Part shown: positions 24,559-32,589 of the stretch, piece after piece | How the letters are laid out: each line of letters opens with the position of its first letter | How positions within the stretch are numbered: the first letter of the stretch is position 1 | Source: a virus | IMG/VR virus record: IMGVR_UViG_3300009040_000001 | Length of the DNA: 37,372 nucleotides | Reading direction: 5' to 3' (one strand) | Notes under the pieces: generated by a model | What the model saw: the letters and a program-made list of their open reading frames with translations, nothing else | Told to the model about the DNA's origin: nothing | Database searches by the model: none | Made by a program: the position numbers and the translations under genes

Positions 24559-25418
24559 GCGTCGGCCACCATCTCCGTGTCGAGCGTGGCATAGGGCACG
24601 AAGGTGCCGCGCGACGGCCGTCCGGCGAACTTCGTCACCTTGTACTCGCGTGCGCCGGAGAGGTCCCGCAGGCAACCGGCCCCGATCCTGTGCTTGGCCA
24701 GCGCCTCGGCGACGAAGGGCACGGACCGGCCGATGACGATCCCGGCCTCGGCATCGCTGACGAGCACGCCGTGGGCCCGCAGCACGTCGCAGGCCACGAC
24801 GTCGAGATGGATGGCCCGATCCAGCCAGTCGCGCAGCGGCTCGCCCTCGATCGCGGCGTCGAGGATATGGCGCAGCGCCTCGTGGGCCAGTTCCGTCATC
24901 CGCTCGCCGGCCCGGTCTGCGCCGTGCGCGGCGGGCAGGTTCAGCGTGTCCCACAGCCGACGCGCGGCGAGGGGGCCGTGGATCACGTAGGCGGCCTCAC
25001 AGAGCCGTCGCGCCTCCCGTCGCTCCGCGAGCGGCCGCTCGGCCTCCGCGGCCGTCACGGGCGATCCTGTGGCGCTCGGCGCGGCCACCGGCGCCTGGCC
25101 GCGGCGCCAGGCCATGAACACCGAGATCACCGTCTGCCGGACCTCAGCCGCCTTCTCGGTGCGGGAGAACATGCAGATCAGCACGGCCTGGCCCTCGTTG
25201 AGCCAGTACTCCTTTCCCGGCCTGCCGCCGCGAGGGCCGGTTTGTGGGATGGTGACACAAACCTCGCCATGCTGCGCCAGCTCGCGCACGTTGCGCTCGA
25301 TCAGCCGCCGAATTTCCCGCGTTACCTCGAAGCCAAGCGCGGCAGCGAGCTTGAGGTCCTGAATGCGTGGAGCTTCGTCCAGCAGGTGCAGATCGTGAAC
25401 GGTAAGCAGCTTGGTCAT
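24555..25418 (-). CDS. Rha/antirepressor-like DNA-binding protein with an unknown roughly 170-aa C-terminal domain
   Basis: 287 aa, SD GAGGA. The N-terminus RIQDLKLAAALGFEVTREIRRLIERNVRELAQHGEV...GRPGKEYWLNEGQAVLICMFSRTEKAAEVRQTVISVF fits the Rha-type regulatory domain pattern. It is the only minus-strand gene outside the lysogeny block. Its stop overlaps the convergent gene's stop (CTAG, 24555-24558). Confidence 0.7.
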   Translation of the reverse strand: MTKLLTVHDLHLLDEAPRIQDLKLAAALGFEVTREIRRLIERNVRELAQHGEVCVTIPQTGPRGGRPGKEYWLNEGQAVLICMFSRTEKAAEVRQTVISVFMAWRRGQAPVAAPSATGSPVTAAEAERPLAERREARRLCEAAYVIHGPLAARRLWDTLNLPAAHGADRAGERMTELAHEALRHILDAAIEGEPLRDWLDRAIHLDVVACDVLRAHGVLVSDAEAGIVIGRSVPFVAEALAKHRIGAGCLRDLSGAREYKVTKFAGRPSRGTFVPYATLDTEMVADA

Positions 25419-25643
25419 GGCGCGTCCTCAGGTCGGCGTGACCGCCATCGACACGCTTTCCGGGCGCGCTGGTGGCGGGGGCCGAAAACCTGACCTGAGA
25501 CAGGCGGGCTTCTTCGAGCGCTCGCGCGCCTTATTCCGCCGCACCCCCGCCATAGGGGCATCGTGCACACGCAAGCGCGCATGACAAAGGCCGCAGTCGG
25601 GCGGCCATCCGCTCAGGTTCAGGAGTTTTCGGCTCCGCGTGCG

Positions 25644-25672
25644 ATGAAAAGTCATCGCGCTATTGTTGTCAA
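25644..25672 (-). promoter_or_regulatory. Candidate sigma70-type promoter for the Rha-like gene
   Basis: Minus strand reads TTGACA (25672-25667), N17, TTTCAT (25649-25644). This implies a leader of roughly 220 nt. Sequence match only. Confidence 0.3.
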
Positions 25673-25718
25673 TCGGCCACTTGCTCGAACGCGGGATGCG
25701 ATATGAAGGCGACTTCGC

Positions 25719-26051
25719 ATGGCGGAGCGCATCAAGATGTCGCGGCGGTGGTGGGTGATTTGCGGGGCGGCCGCGCTGTGTTCCGCGTGCGTGGCTGCCG
25801 ATCCGCAGACGCTATTTCTCAAGAGCGACGGTGGGCCTATCGGGGCGGCGGATGGTCAGCAGTTTCAAGCGGATATGACGATCTGCCGAGCCGAGGCTGC
25901 CAAGGCTAGCGTCGGCGCGCAGGACTGCAAAGGCGGTGCGCTCTACTGCTTGGAGTTCGACGCCAAGCGGCAGCGAGAGCTGTCGGAGATCAAAGAGGGG
26001 TGCATGGCCCAAAAGGGTTATCGGCTCAGGACGCCAGGAACCCGCATCTAG
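25719..26051 (+). CDS. Small Cys-rich secreted protein / probable lipoprotein
   Basis: MAERIKMSRRWWVICGAAALCSAC has a positively charged n-region, a hydrophobic core and a lipobox-like LCSA|C. Alternative start ATG 25737. Lower GC. Transcribed divergently from the Rha-like gene. Confidence 0.65.
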   Translation: MAERIKMSRRWWVICGAAALCSACVAADPQTLFLKSDGGPIGAADGQQFQADMTICRAEAAKASVGAQDCKGGALYCLEFDAKRQRELSEIKEGCMAQKGYRLRTPGTRI

Positions 26052-26096
26052 GCAGATGGCGAGTGGCTGCTCCCTCCACCGCTAACCCCGCTTAAC

Positions 26097-26108
26097 AGGG
26101 GTCGCACG
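26097..26108 (+). repeat. AGGGGTCGCACG motif copy 41 nt upstream of the tailspike start
   Basis: A one-base-longer variant of the 5367/5382 11-mer. Its first 10 nt (AGGGGTCGCA) match the 30988 copy. Confidence 0.8.
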
Positions 26109-26148
26109 CCCCGATCCTGCAGGCCCGACACCCGCGGCCGGCAGGACC

Positions 26149-28593
26149 ATGAGCACGCTGTACCCGATCCCGCGCCAGGCGCGCCGGCAGGACTTCGTGG
26201 CGGCGGCCGGGCAGACTGCGTTCCAGCCGAACACGTTCAAGGTCTACTCGCCGCTCGACCTGCGCGTGCGCATCAAGGGCGTCTCCGGCCGCTTCCTGAC
26301 GCAGACGACGGGCTTCATCGTCGCTCTGCTCGGACCGGCGCCGAGCTTCCCGGTTGTGACGTTCACGACACCGAGGGCCGCCGGCGACGTCGTGCGGATC
26401 GAGGGCGCGCGCACGCCGGAGCGCGAGACCGACGTCACCTTCGGCGGCGTGATCCGCGCCGCCAACCTCGAGGCCGAGCTCGATAAGGTTGCGGTGTTCG
26501 GCCAGGAGGTCCGCCGCGACTTCACCGACGTCGCCGACGCGCTCGACGCCGTCGACGAGGCCGTCGAGCTCATCGCGGGCGGCACGTCGGCCGCGGGCCA
26601 GGCCGTTGCGGCCGCGGCCGCGGCCAAGGCCGGCGCCGAGGCGGCCCGCGACGCGGCCGTGTCCTCGCGGGATGATGCGGCCGGGTCGGCCGGCGGCGCG
26701 GCCGGTTCGGCCTCGGCGGCAGGCACGGCGCGCACGGCGGCCGAGGCAGCTCGTGACGCCGCCAGCTCGTTCCAGGATGCGGCGGCGGCCGCGGCGACCG
26801 GCGCCGTCACGGCCCGCTTGGGGGCCGAAGGCGCCAACGCTGCCGCACAGGGCGCCAACGCTGCCGCACAGGGCGCCAATGCTGCCGCGCAGGCCGCACG
26901 GGAGCAGACTGAGGCGGCACGGGACACCGCGACCCAACAGTCGACGAGCGCCGGCAACAGCGCCAGCGCGGCCAACACGGCCCGCAGTCAGGCCGAGAGC
27001 GCGCGCGACCAGGCGCAGGCTGCGAGCACCAACAAGGTCAACCGGACCGGCGACACCATGTCCGGCGCGCTCGGCGCCGGCGACACGACGAGCGTCGGCC
27101 CGGTCGCCTTCTATGCGAACGCGTCGGCCCATCCATCAGGCTCGCGCCGCGCCTCGATCAATATCGGCGCGTATCAGATCGGCCAGGACATCGGCAGCAA
27201 CGGCCAGAAGGATTTCTACTGGTACAATTACGAGCGTAATTCGCTGCCGATCTACTTGGACACCAGCGACGTTGTGCGGCTCAGCCAACGTCCTCTGTTC
27301 GGGGGCGTTGCGCCATGGGACGCCGGAAACCTTCCCGTCGAGCGGATCGACGGCAAGGTGCTTTGCCTCGACGTGAGCCGCCCGCCCTACAACGTGCGGC
27401 CGAACGGGTCCGACATGAGGTCCGCTATCCAGGCCGCGCTGGACACCGCCGGCGGGATGATCGACGGGCGCGGCTTCGGCGCCGGCATGGTCGCGATGCC
27501 GATGGGTGTTCTCACCCTGCGGGACACCCTGAGCATCCCCTCCGGCGTGCGGCTGATGGGGCAGGGCCGGCAGAACACCATGCTGCAGATGGCGTCCGAC
27601 CGACAGGATCGACCGATCATCTATGTGGGCGACACGGTTCTCAGCGGCGCCAGCGACTTCGGCGTCCGGTACGACGGCGGCCTGCCCGGCCTCGAGCAGG
27701 CGCGGGGCTTCCTGATCCAGGGCAACTGGGGCAGCTACCACAATATCAGCGCCTGGAACACGGGCGTTGCTTACGCGATCATCGGCGGAAACAACAACCT
27801 GTTCCATCAATTCTATGCGGCGAGCTATGGATTGATCGGGTTGCTCAATCAGGGCACGGACACACAGCAACAGGATGGCAGCTACCGAGGCGCGATCGAT
27901 AATTTCTGGGTGCAAGGCCGCCTCGAGTGCCCGAACGTACCAGGCTACGCGCAGAACGGGACCATCCGTCTCATCAACAACTGCGAGGGACTGAACCTCG
28001 ATCACATCTCATGTCTGGGTGGCGAGTGGGGGATCATCGCCGACGCGACGACAAATACTCATGGGCGCCGCCCTCAGTACATGACGATCACCAACACGAT
28101 GATCGACAGCACCCATCGCGGTAGCAAGCTCGAAAAGTGCTCGCAGTCGCGGTTCTCGAACATCTGGTTCTGCGGCTCAGGCGCACAGCCGGGCAACAAC
28201 CCGGAAGCTGGCGCCTATCCCGGTCTCGATATTGGAAGCGAATGCTTCGACATCTCGCTCGAGGGTGGCTGGCTCAACCAAAACTCCGGGCAGGGTGCCA
28301 TTGTTCGGCCGGGCGCGAGCGACTGCCGGTTCAACGGCGTCAGCGTCACGACGGCCGGCATCAAGGGCAACCCGATCGGGCTCGACATTGCGGGCCAGAA
28401 TTGCGTCGTCGCCGCGTGCATCTTCAAGAAGAGCACGCCCGGTCATACGCAAGGAAACATGACGCACAGCGTCGTCCTGCGAAACACTGCGACCAATAAC
28501 CTGATCGTCGCGAACATGGCGATGGGAGGGCTGCTCTTTGAAAACCAGAACGCCGGCGGCGGGAACGTCTCGCAGTCGAACATTGGCATGTGA
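26149..28593 (+). CDS. Tail fibre/tailspike with Ala-rich coiled-coil stalk and C-terminal pectate-lyase-like beta-helix (probable depolymerase)
   Basis: 814 aa. NKVNRTGDTMSGAL is a classic fibre motif. YNVRPNGSDMRSAIQAALDTAGG...MPMGVLTLRDTLSIPSGVRLMGQG resembles the N-terminal cap of pectate_lyase_3 tailspikes. Many G-x-N/G-x-x-I beta-helix-like rungs follow. Confidence 0.85.
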   Translation: MSTLYPIPRQARRQDFVAAAGQTAFQPNTFKVYSPLDLRVRIKGVSGRFLTQTTGFIVALLGPAPSFPVVTFTTPRAAGDVVRIEGARTPERETDVTFGGVIRAANLEAELDKVAVFGQEVRRDFTDVADALDAVDEAVELIAGGTSAAGQAVAAAAAAKAGAEAARDAAVSSRDDAAGSAGGAAGSASAAGTARTAAEAARDAASSFQDAAAAAATGAVTARLGAEGANAAAQGANAAAQGANAAAQAAREQTEAARDTATQQSTSAGNSASAANTARSQAESARDQAQAASTNKVNRTGDTMSGALGAGDTTSVGPVAFYANASAHPSGSRRASINIGAYQIGQDIGSNGQKDFYWYNYERNSLPIYLDTSDVVRLSQRPLFGGVAPWDAGNLPVERIDGKVLCLDVSRPPYNVRPNGSDMRSAIQAALDTAGGMIDGRGFGAGMVAMPMGVLTLRDTLSIPSGVRLMGQGRQNTMLQMASDRQDRPIIYVGDTVLSGASDFGVRYDGGLPGLEQARGFLIQGNWGSYHNISAWNTGVAYAIIGGNNNLFHQFYAASYGLIGLLNQGTDTQQQDGSYRGAIDNFWVQGRLECPNVPGYAQNGTIRLINNCEGLNLDHISCLGGEWGIIADATTNTHGRRPQYMTITNTMIDSTHRGSKLEKCSQSRFSNIWFCGSGAQPGNNPEAGAYPGLDIGSECFDISLEGGWLNQNSGQGAIVRPGASDCRFNGVSVTTAGIKGNPIGLDIAGQNCVVAACIFKKSTPGHTQGNMTHSVVLRNTATNNLIVANMAMGGLLFENQNAGGGNVSQSNIGM
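26830..26892 (+). repeat. 21-bp tandem repeat x3 (ggcgccaacgctgccgcacag) encoding (GANAAAQ)3 in the tailspike stalk
   Basis: Units at 26830-26850, 26851-26871 (identical) and 26872-26892 (2 mismatches). Confidence 0.95.
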
Positions 28594-28615
28594 ATACTTG
28601 AGACGAGGACGGACT

Positions 28616-29869
28616 ATGACCTATCCCGCCATCCCCGCACCGGCCCGCAAGCTCCTCGCCTTCATCGGCCTCACCGAGGCGCCGCAGGGCTATGAGACGA
28701 TCTACGGCAACAACCAGAGCAAGCTGCCGAAGCCGCTCACGTCGATGACCTTCGACGAGGTCGTGACGGCCGGTCCGGCATGGACGAAAGCCTACGGCAG
28801 CTCGGCCGCCGGCCACTACCAGTTCATGCGCAACACCCTCGACGCCCCGCGCACCCTCGAGGACATCAAGGGCGAGATGCGGCTCACCGGCAGCGAGCGC
28901 TTCGACGCCGCCCTGCAGGACGCCATGGGCTTCCACCTGCTCAAGCGGCGCGGCTACGACAAGTTTATGGCCGGGCGCCTGAGCGTCACCGCCTTCGGCC
29001 TCAACCTCGCGAAGGAGTGGGCGAGCTTCCCGGTGCTGCGCGCCTGCAAGGGCCAGCACCGCCGCGTCGAGCGCGGGCAGAGCTACTACGCCGGCGACGG
29101 GCAGAACCACGCCCTCGTCACGCCGGAGGCCGTCGAGGCGCTGCTCGAGGAGATCAGGCCGGCCGGCGCGGCCGCCCAGGCCGAGGCGGTGCCTGCGGGG
29201 CCGGTCGCGCCCGTCGAGGCGCCGCAGCTCGTGCAGCCCGCCGGCCCGCCCGCCGCCGGCTTCCTCGGCCGGCTCAGATCCCTGTTCGGGCGCGCGCAGC
29301 CGGCGGCCGCGGCGGTGCCGGTGGCCTCGCCGACCAAGGGCGACCCGACCGTCTACCGCGTGCAGGAGCGGCTGCGGCAGATCAACTACTACCGCGTGGG
29401 CCGGCTCGACGGCGTGGACAGCATCGAGTTCCGCGACGCGGTGGCGGCCGCCCGCAAGGATAACGGGCTCGGCGACGGCGGCCTCGACGCCGCCTTTCTC
29501 ACCGGCCTCTACAGCTTCGGGCAGCGGCCCGTATCCAAGAGCCGGGGCGAGATGAAGCTGCCGGAGGCGATCCGCTACCGGCCGGAGGTCATGGCGCCCA
29601 ACGTCACGGTCGGCGCCACCGGCCTCGCCGGCCTGTTCGCCAGCCTGGCCGGCGGCGCCGGCGTCTTCGACAAGGCCGGCGCCACGGTCGACCGTGTGAA
29701 CGGCTACCTCGACACGGCCGACGCCTGGGCCACGAAGGGCGCGAGCGTCGCCGCGTTCGTCGGGGCGCACTGGCCGTGGCTCGTCGGCGCCCTTTGCGCC
29801 GTCCTCGTCTGGAAGGCGATCGTCGGCCTCGCGGACGGCATCGCCAAGATCAGGGCGGCGGTCTTCTGA
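28616..29869 (+). CDS. Endolysin: lambda-R-like lytic transglycosylase (GH104-like) + PG-binding-like repeat + C-terminal hydrophobic anchor(s)
   Basis: 417 aa from ATG 28616 (SD gaggacgg). LLAFIGLTEAPQGYETIYG...SSAAGHYQFMRNT...LAKEWASFP parallels lambda R FLDMLAWSEGTDN...STGAGRYQLLSRW...SNIWASLP (from memory). DPTVYRVQERLRQINYYRVGRLDGVDSIEFRDAVAAARKDNGL resembles PG_binding_1. Hydrophobic segments lie at about 29604-29669 and 29741-29830. Confidence 0.8.
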   Translation: MTYPAIPAPARKLLAFIGLTEAPQGYETIYGNNQSKLPKPLTSMTFDEVVTAGPAWTKAYGSSAAGHYQFMRNTLDAPRTLEDIKGEMRLTGSERFDAALQDAMGFHLLKRRGYDKFMAGRLSVTAFGLNLAKEWASFPVLRACKGQHRRVERGQSYYAGDGQNHALVTPEAVEALLEEIRPAGAAAQAEAVPAGPVAPVEAPQLVQPAGPPAAGFLGRLRSLFGRAQPAAAAVPVASPTKGDPTVYRVQERLRQINYYRVGRLDGVDSIEFRDAVAAARKDNGLGDGGLDAAFLTGLYSFGQRPVSKSRGEMKLPEAIRYRPEVMAPNVTVGATGLAGLFASLAGGAGVFDKAGATVDRVNGYLDTADAWATKGASVAAFVGAHWPWLVGALCAVLVWKAIVGLADGIAKIRAAVF

Positions 29870-30315
29870 TGGTCGACCGCAACGGCCATTCGGCCGCCTA
29901 CCCCGATCGAGCGATCGAGTGGTTGTTCACGGCGCTGATGCTGGCCTGGGGCGGGTGGCTCCTCATGCCCTGGGACACGTTCAAGTCCCCGCAATACGCG
30001 CTCCTCGCGGCGATCGCCGGCGAGAGCGTGTGGGGTGCCTGGTCGGTCAGCATCGGCCTGATCCGGGCAGCGGCCCTCTACGTGAACGGGGCGCACCGGC
30101 GCACGCCGGCGATCCGGGCTCTCTGCGCCATGCTCGGATTCGTGTGGTGGCTGGTGCTGGCCTACCTGTTCCTGACCACGCCGGGCGCGCCCCCCTTCGC
30201 AGGCTTTAGCTGGTATCCCGTCCTCATGGTCTTCGAGGTCATGTGCATCTGGCGGTCGGCCGCGGACGGCTACCACTCTCGGGCCTTCACACGGCGAGCG
30301 GCGAACGCACGATGA
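29869..30315 (+). CDS. Membrane protein with about 4 TM segments, putative holin
   Basis: 148 aa from ATG 29869 (TGATG junction). Hydrophobic stretches WLFTALMLAWGGWLLMPW, ALLAAIAGESVWGAWSVSIGL, LCAMLGFVWWLVLAYLFL and FSWYPVLMVFEVMCIW. Call rests on position in the lysis cassette. Confidence 0.6.
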   Translation: MVDRNGHSAAYPDRAIEWLFTALMLAWGGWLLMPWDTFKSPQYALLAAIAGESVWGAWSVSIGLIRAAALYVNGAHRRTPAIRALCAMLGFVWWLVLAYLFLTTPGAPPFAGFSWYPVLMVFEVMCIWRSAADGYHSRAFTRRAANAR

Positions 30316-30716
30316 GCGTCACGGCCGAGCAGGCGATCAGCGCGATCGTGACGCTTATCGGGAGCGGCGGCCTGGTCGCGATCGTCACCGCCTTCCTGGC
30401 CTACAAGCAGGAGGCGGCGAAGGGGCGCCGCGGCGATCCGGACGGTCGCGTGGTCGCCATGCAGGTGAGCGGCGCGCCCTGCCTGACGCAGAGCAAGGAA
30501 TTCGAGCTGTTGGCCAACACCATGTCGGCGCTGAGCATCGAGGTCGCGGAGAACAACCGGCTGCTGCGCGCGCAGGCCGAGCGCGTCGAGTTCGAGCATG
30601 AACTCGAGGACCGGGCGACGATGGAGCTGATGCGTCGGTTCGTCCGCGAGCACGGCGTACCGATGGTCGACCGGCCAGGCGGCCCGCTTAACCGCCGGCC
30701 CGGAGAGATAGGTTGA
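30312..30716 (+). CDS. Single-pass membrane protein with helical periplasmic region (i-spanin-like or holin/antiholin)
   Basis: 134 aa, ATGA junction. N-terminal TM AISAIVTLIGSGGLVAIVTAFLAY, then a charged helical segment. Confidence 0.5.
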   Translation: MSVTAEQAISAIVTLIGSGGLVAIVTAFLAYKQEAAKGRRGDPDGRVVAMQVSGAPCLTQSKEFELLANTMSALSIEVAENNRLLRAQAERVEFEHELEDRATMELMRRFVREHGVPMVDRPGGPLNRRPGEIG

Positions 30717-30746
30717 ACCCGGCCCCTAAGGCTGTTTCCTCCTACT

Positions 30747-30774
30747 GGCCCGGCGTCCCTCGCCGGGCCATTTT
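30747..30774 (+). terminator. Rho-independent terminator of the late/lysis operon
   Basis: GGCCCGGCG-tccct-CGCCGGGCC, followed by ATTTT. Confidence 0.7.
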
Positions 30775-31050
30775 CGTGCGACCCTCGGCGCAGTTGTCCC
30801 GTGCGACGATCGCGTGAGATCGCCGGCATATCGCACGGCGCCGTGAGCTAAGCCGCTGTAAAGATTGGATTTCGGGATAACTCATTGTCACTCGACAATG
30901 CCGAGCAAGGGCGAGGCGGTGGTCAATTCCTTCAACGGTTTAGGCGCTGCCTCGCCTGTACGAACCGCGAACGTGTGACCCGACTTTAGGGGTCGCAAAG
31001 GTCGCACGTGCGACCTTCGTTCCGGGGGCTGCTGTCTAGTCGTGCGACCT
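30775..31050. repeat. Probable attP region: a cluster of (A)GGTCGCACG motif copies in both orientations flanking an AT-richer core
   Basis: Reverse copies at 30775-30785 (exact 11-mer), 30800-30807, 31007-31017 and 31041-31050. Forward copies at 30831-30838 (partial), 30988-31000 and 30998-31008. A 20-bp perfect palindrome aaggtcgcacgtgcgacctt lies at 30998-31017. The region is adjacent to the int 3' end. Confidence 0.5.
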
Positions 31051-31059
31051 GCGCAATGA

Positions 31060-32316
31060 CTAGAGGGCGGCCCCTTCGCTTTCGAGGTAGAGCACGAGCT
31101 TGCCGATCGCGGCCGATGCCTGCTCGCGGTCGATCGCCAGGTAGTGCTTGAGGATGCTGTAGATCGTGCGCGGATCGTGCCCGGTGATGGACCGGATTTC
31201 CGGCACGGTGCAGCCGGCGCGGGCGAGCCAGGTCACGGCGGTGTCGCGCAGGTCCCGGTCCTGAAAATCCGCCAGCGTCGGGCAGGGCTCGACGATCCAG
31301 GCGCCGGCCGCGTCCTTGACGCCGGCGACGGCGGCGGTGCGAACCTGGCGGTACACCTTGTTGTAGGTGCTCTGCGTGAAGGGGGCGCCCGTCTTGGGGT
31401 CGACCACGACGTTGGCCACCTTGACGCCGAGCACCCGGCGCTCGGTGGCGGCCGCGGAGAGGCGGGCGGTAAGCTGCGGTGTCTCCGGGACCTCGACGAT
31501 CGCCGCCGTCTTCGACTGGCGGAAACGCCGCCATCCCTTCTCATGCCCGGCATCCATCAGGGCCAGGCGCTCGGTCTGGCGCTGGCCCGTCATGAGGCCG
31601 AGCATGATCGCGTGCCCGACCATGGTCAGACCGATCGCGTCGGCCGCCCGGATCATCGCGGTCATCTCGCCGATCGTGCCGACCCGCACGCGCGCGTCGG
31701 GCTGCTCGATGCCGAGGCGCAACGCGGGATGGTGCTTGAGGCCGCCGAGCTCCTTGCGCACGCCGTAGCTGAGCGCGACGGAGAGCGTCTTGAGGATGGC
31801 GTTCGCCATGTGGTGCCCCTTGTCGTGCCAGAGGCGTTCGTGCAGGCCGACGAGGATCGGCTTCGACAGGGCGGCGACGTCGGAGCCGTAGAGCTCGGGA
31901 TCGAAGGCGGCGAGCGCGGCCGCCTTCGCGCGGTAGTCCCGAATGGTGGCGGGGGCCAGCACCTTGCGCTTGGGCCGACCCGGCACCGGCTCGCCGGCCG
32001 TGAACTTCGGCGACTTCCACAGATCCTCGAACAGGTCCTCGAGGGTATAGGCGCCGGGCGCCTTGCGGCGGGGCGCCCTCTTGCCGGCGGCCTTCGCCGC
32101 CTTGACCTCCGCGATGCGCGGCCGGAGCTGCGCCTCGACCCAGGCGGCGGCCTCCTCGGCCGACATCCACGAGCCGTCCAACCGCTTGAGGTCCTGCCCC
32201 TTGAGGCCGAGCTTGCGATGCTTCGGCCCCGGCTGGTAGCGCGGACGGCCGCCGCGCCACGACACGTTGCTGATCGTGATAGTGACCTTCGCCACGGCCG
32301 CGGTCCCTCTCCGCAT
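31060..32316 (-). CDS. int: Tyrosine recombinase / phage integrase
   Basis: 418 aa. MTGQRQTERLAL (Arg box), DLRDTAVTWLARAGCTVPEIRSITGH...ILKHYL (box II with catalytic Tyr). The exact start is uncertain. Confidence 0.9.
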   Translation of the reverse strand: MRRGTAAVAKVTITISNVSWRGGRPRYQPGPKHRKLGLKGQDLKRLDGSWMSAEEAAAWVEAQLRPRIAEVKAAKAAGKRAPRRKAPGAYTLEDLFEDLWKSPKFTAGEPVPGRPKRKVLAPATIRDYRAKAAALAAFDPELYGSDVAALSKPILVGLHERLWHDKGHHMANAILKTLSVALSYGVRKELGGLKHHPALRLGIEQPDARVRVGTIGEMTAMIRAADAIGLTMVGHAIMLGLMTGQRQTERLALMDAGHEKGWRRFRQSKTAAIVEVPETPQLTARLSAAATERRVLGVKVANVVVDPKTGAPFTQSTYNKVYRQVRTAAVAGVKDAAGAWIVEPCPTLADFQDRDLRDTAVTWLARAGCTVPEIRSITGHDPRTIYSILKHYLAIDREQASAAIGKLVLYLESEGAAL

Positions 32317-32331
32317 GGTGACTGAGCCCTC

Positions 32332-32589
32332 CTATTCGCTCGGCGCGGCCATGCCGTCCAGCGGGACGGCGAGCGGTCGCGGCGCGAGGGCCTTCTCGAT
32401 CTCGAGGGCCTGCTCGGTGAGGAACTTCGCGACAAGCCGCAGCTCCCAGGCCGTCACGTTCGGCCCGATGCCGATGAGAGCGATCCCGGCCGACGCGAAC
32501 ACCTGCAGCCTGACCTGCCCGTCGCGGTCGATCGCCTTCGCGTAGCCCTCGAGTCGATCCATGAGCGTCTTGGTGCGGGGGTCAGACAT
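32332..32589 (-). CDS. Hypothetical protein (85 aa)
   Basis: Start overlaps the upstream stop (TGATG on the minus strand). Lies between xis and int. No motif recognised. Confidence 0.5.
   Translation of the reverse strand: MSDPRTKTLMDRLEGYAKAIDRDGQVRLQVFASAGIALIGIGPNVTAWELRLVAKFLTEQALEIEKALAPRPLAVPLDGMAAPSE

Noticed and set aside
25428-25655. A 75-aa minus-strand ORF directly upstream of the Rha-like gene, which would make a two-gene cassette.
   Set aside because: It has no SD. Its ATG lies inside the candidate -10/-35 promoter, so it would not be on the predicted transcript. The translation is Arg-rich and featureless. It cannot be fully excluded without ribosome profiling.
25419-25718. 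An alphaproteobacterial LexA box (GTTC-N7-GTTC / GAAC-N7-GAAC) upstream of the Rha-like gene or in the cI/cro region, which would indicate an SOS-controlled antirepressor.
   Set aside because: The only imperfect match is ggttcaggagttttcg (about 25616-25631), whose second half is TTCG rather than GTTC. This is not convincing.
26149-28593. A diversity-generating retroelement acting on the tailspike or the LamG-like fibre, as in BPP-1-like phages.
   Set aside because: The genome has no reverse transcriptase ORF and no template/variable repeat pair.
30312-30716. An o-spanin lipoprotein gene embedded in or following the i-spanin-like gene.
   Set aside because: I translated both alternative frames by eye. 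They show frequent stops and no Met followed by a lipobox. No small ORF follows before the terminator.
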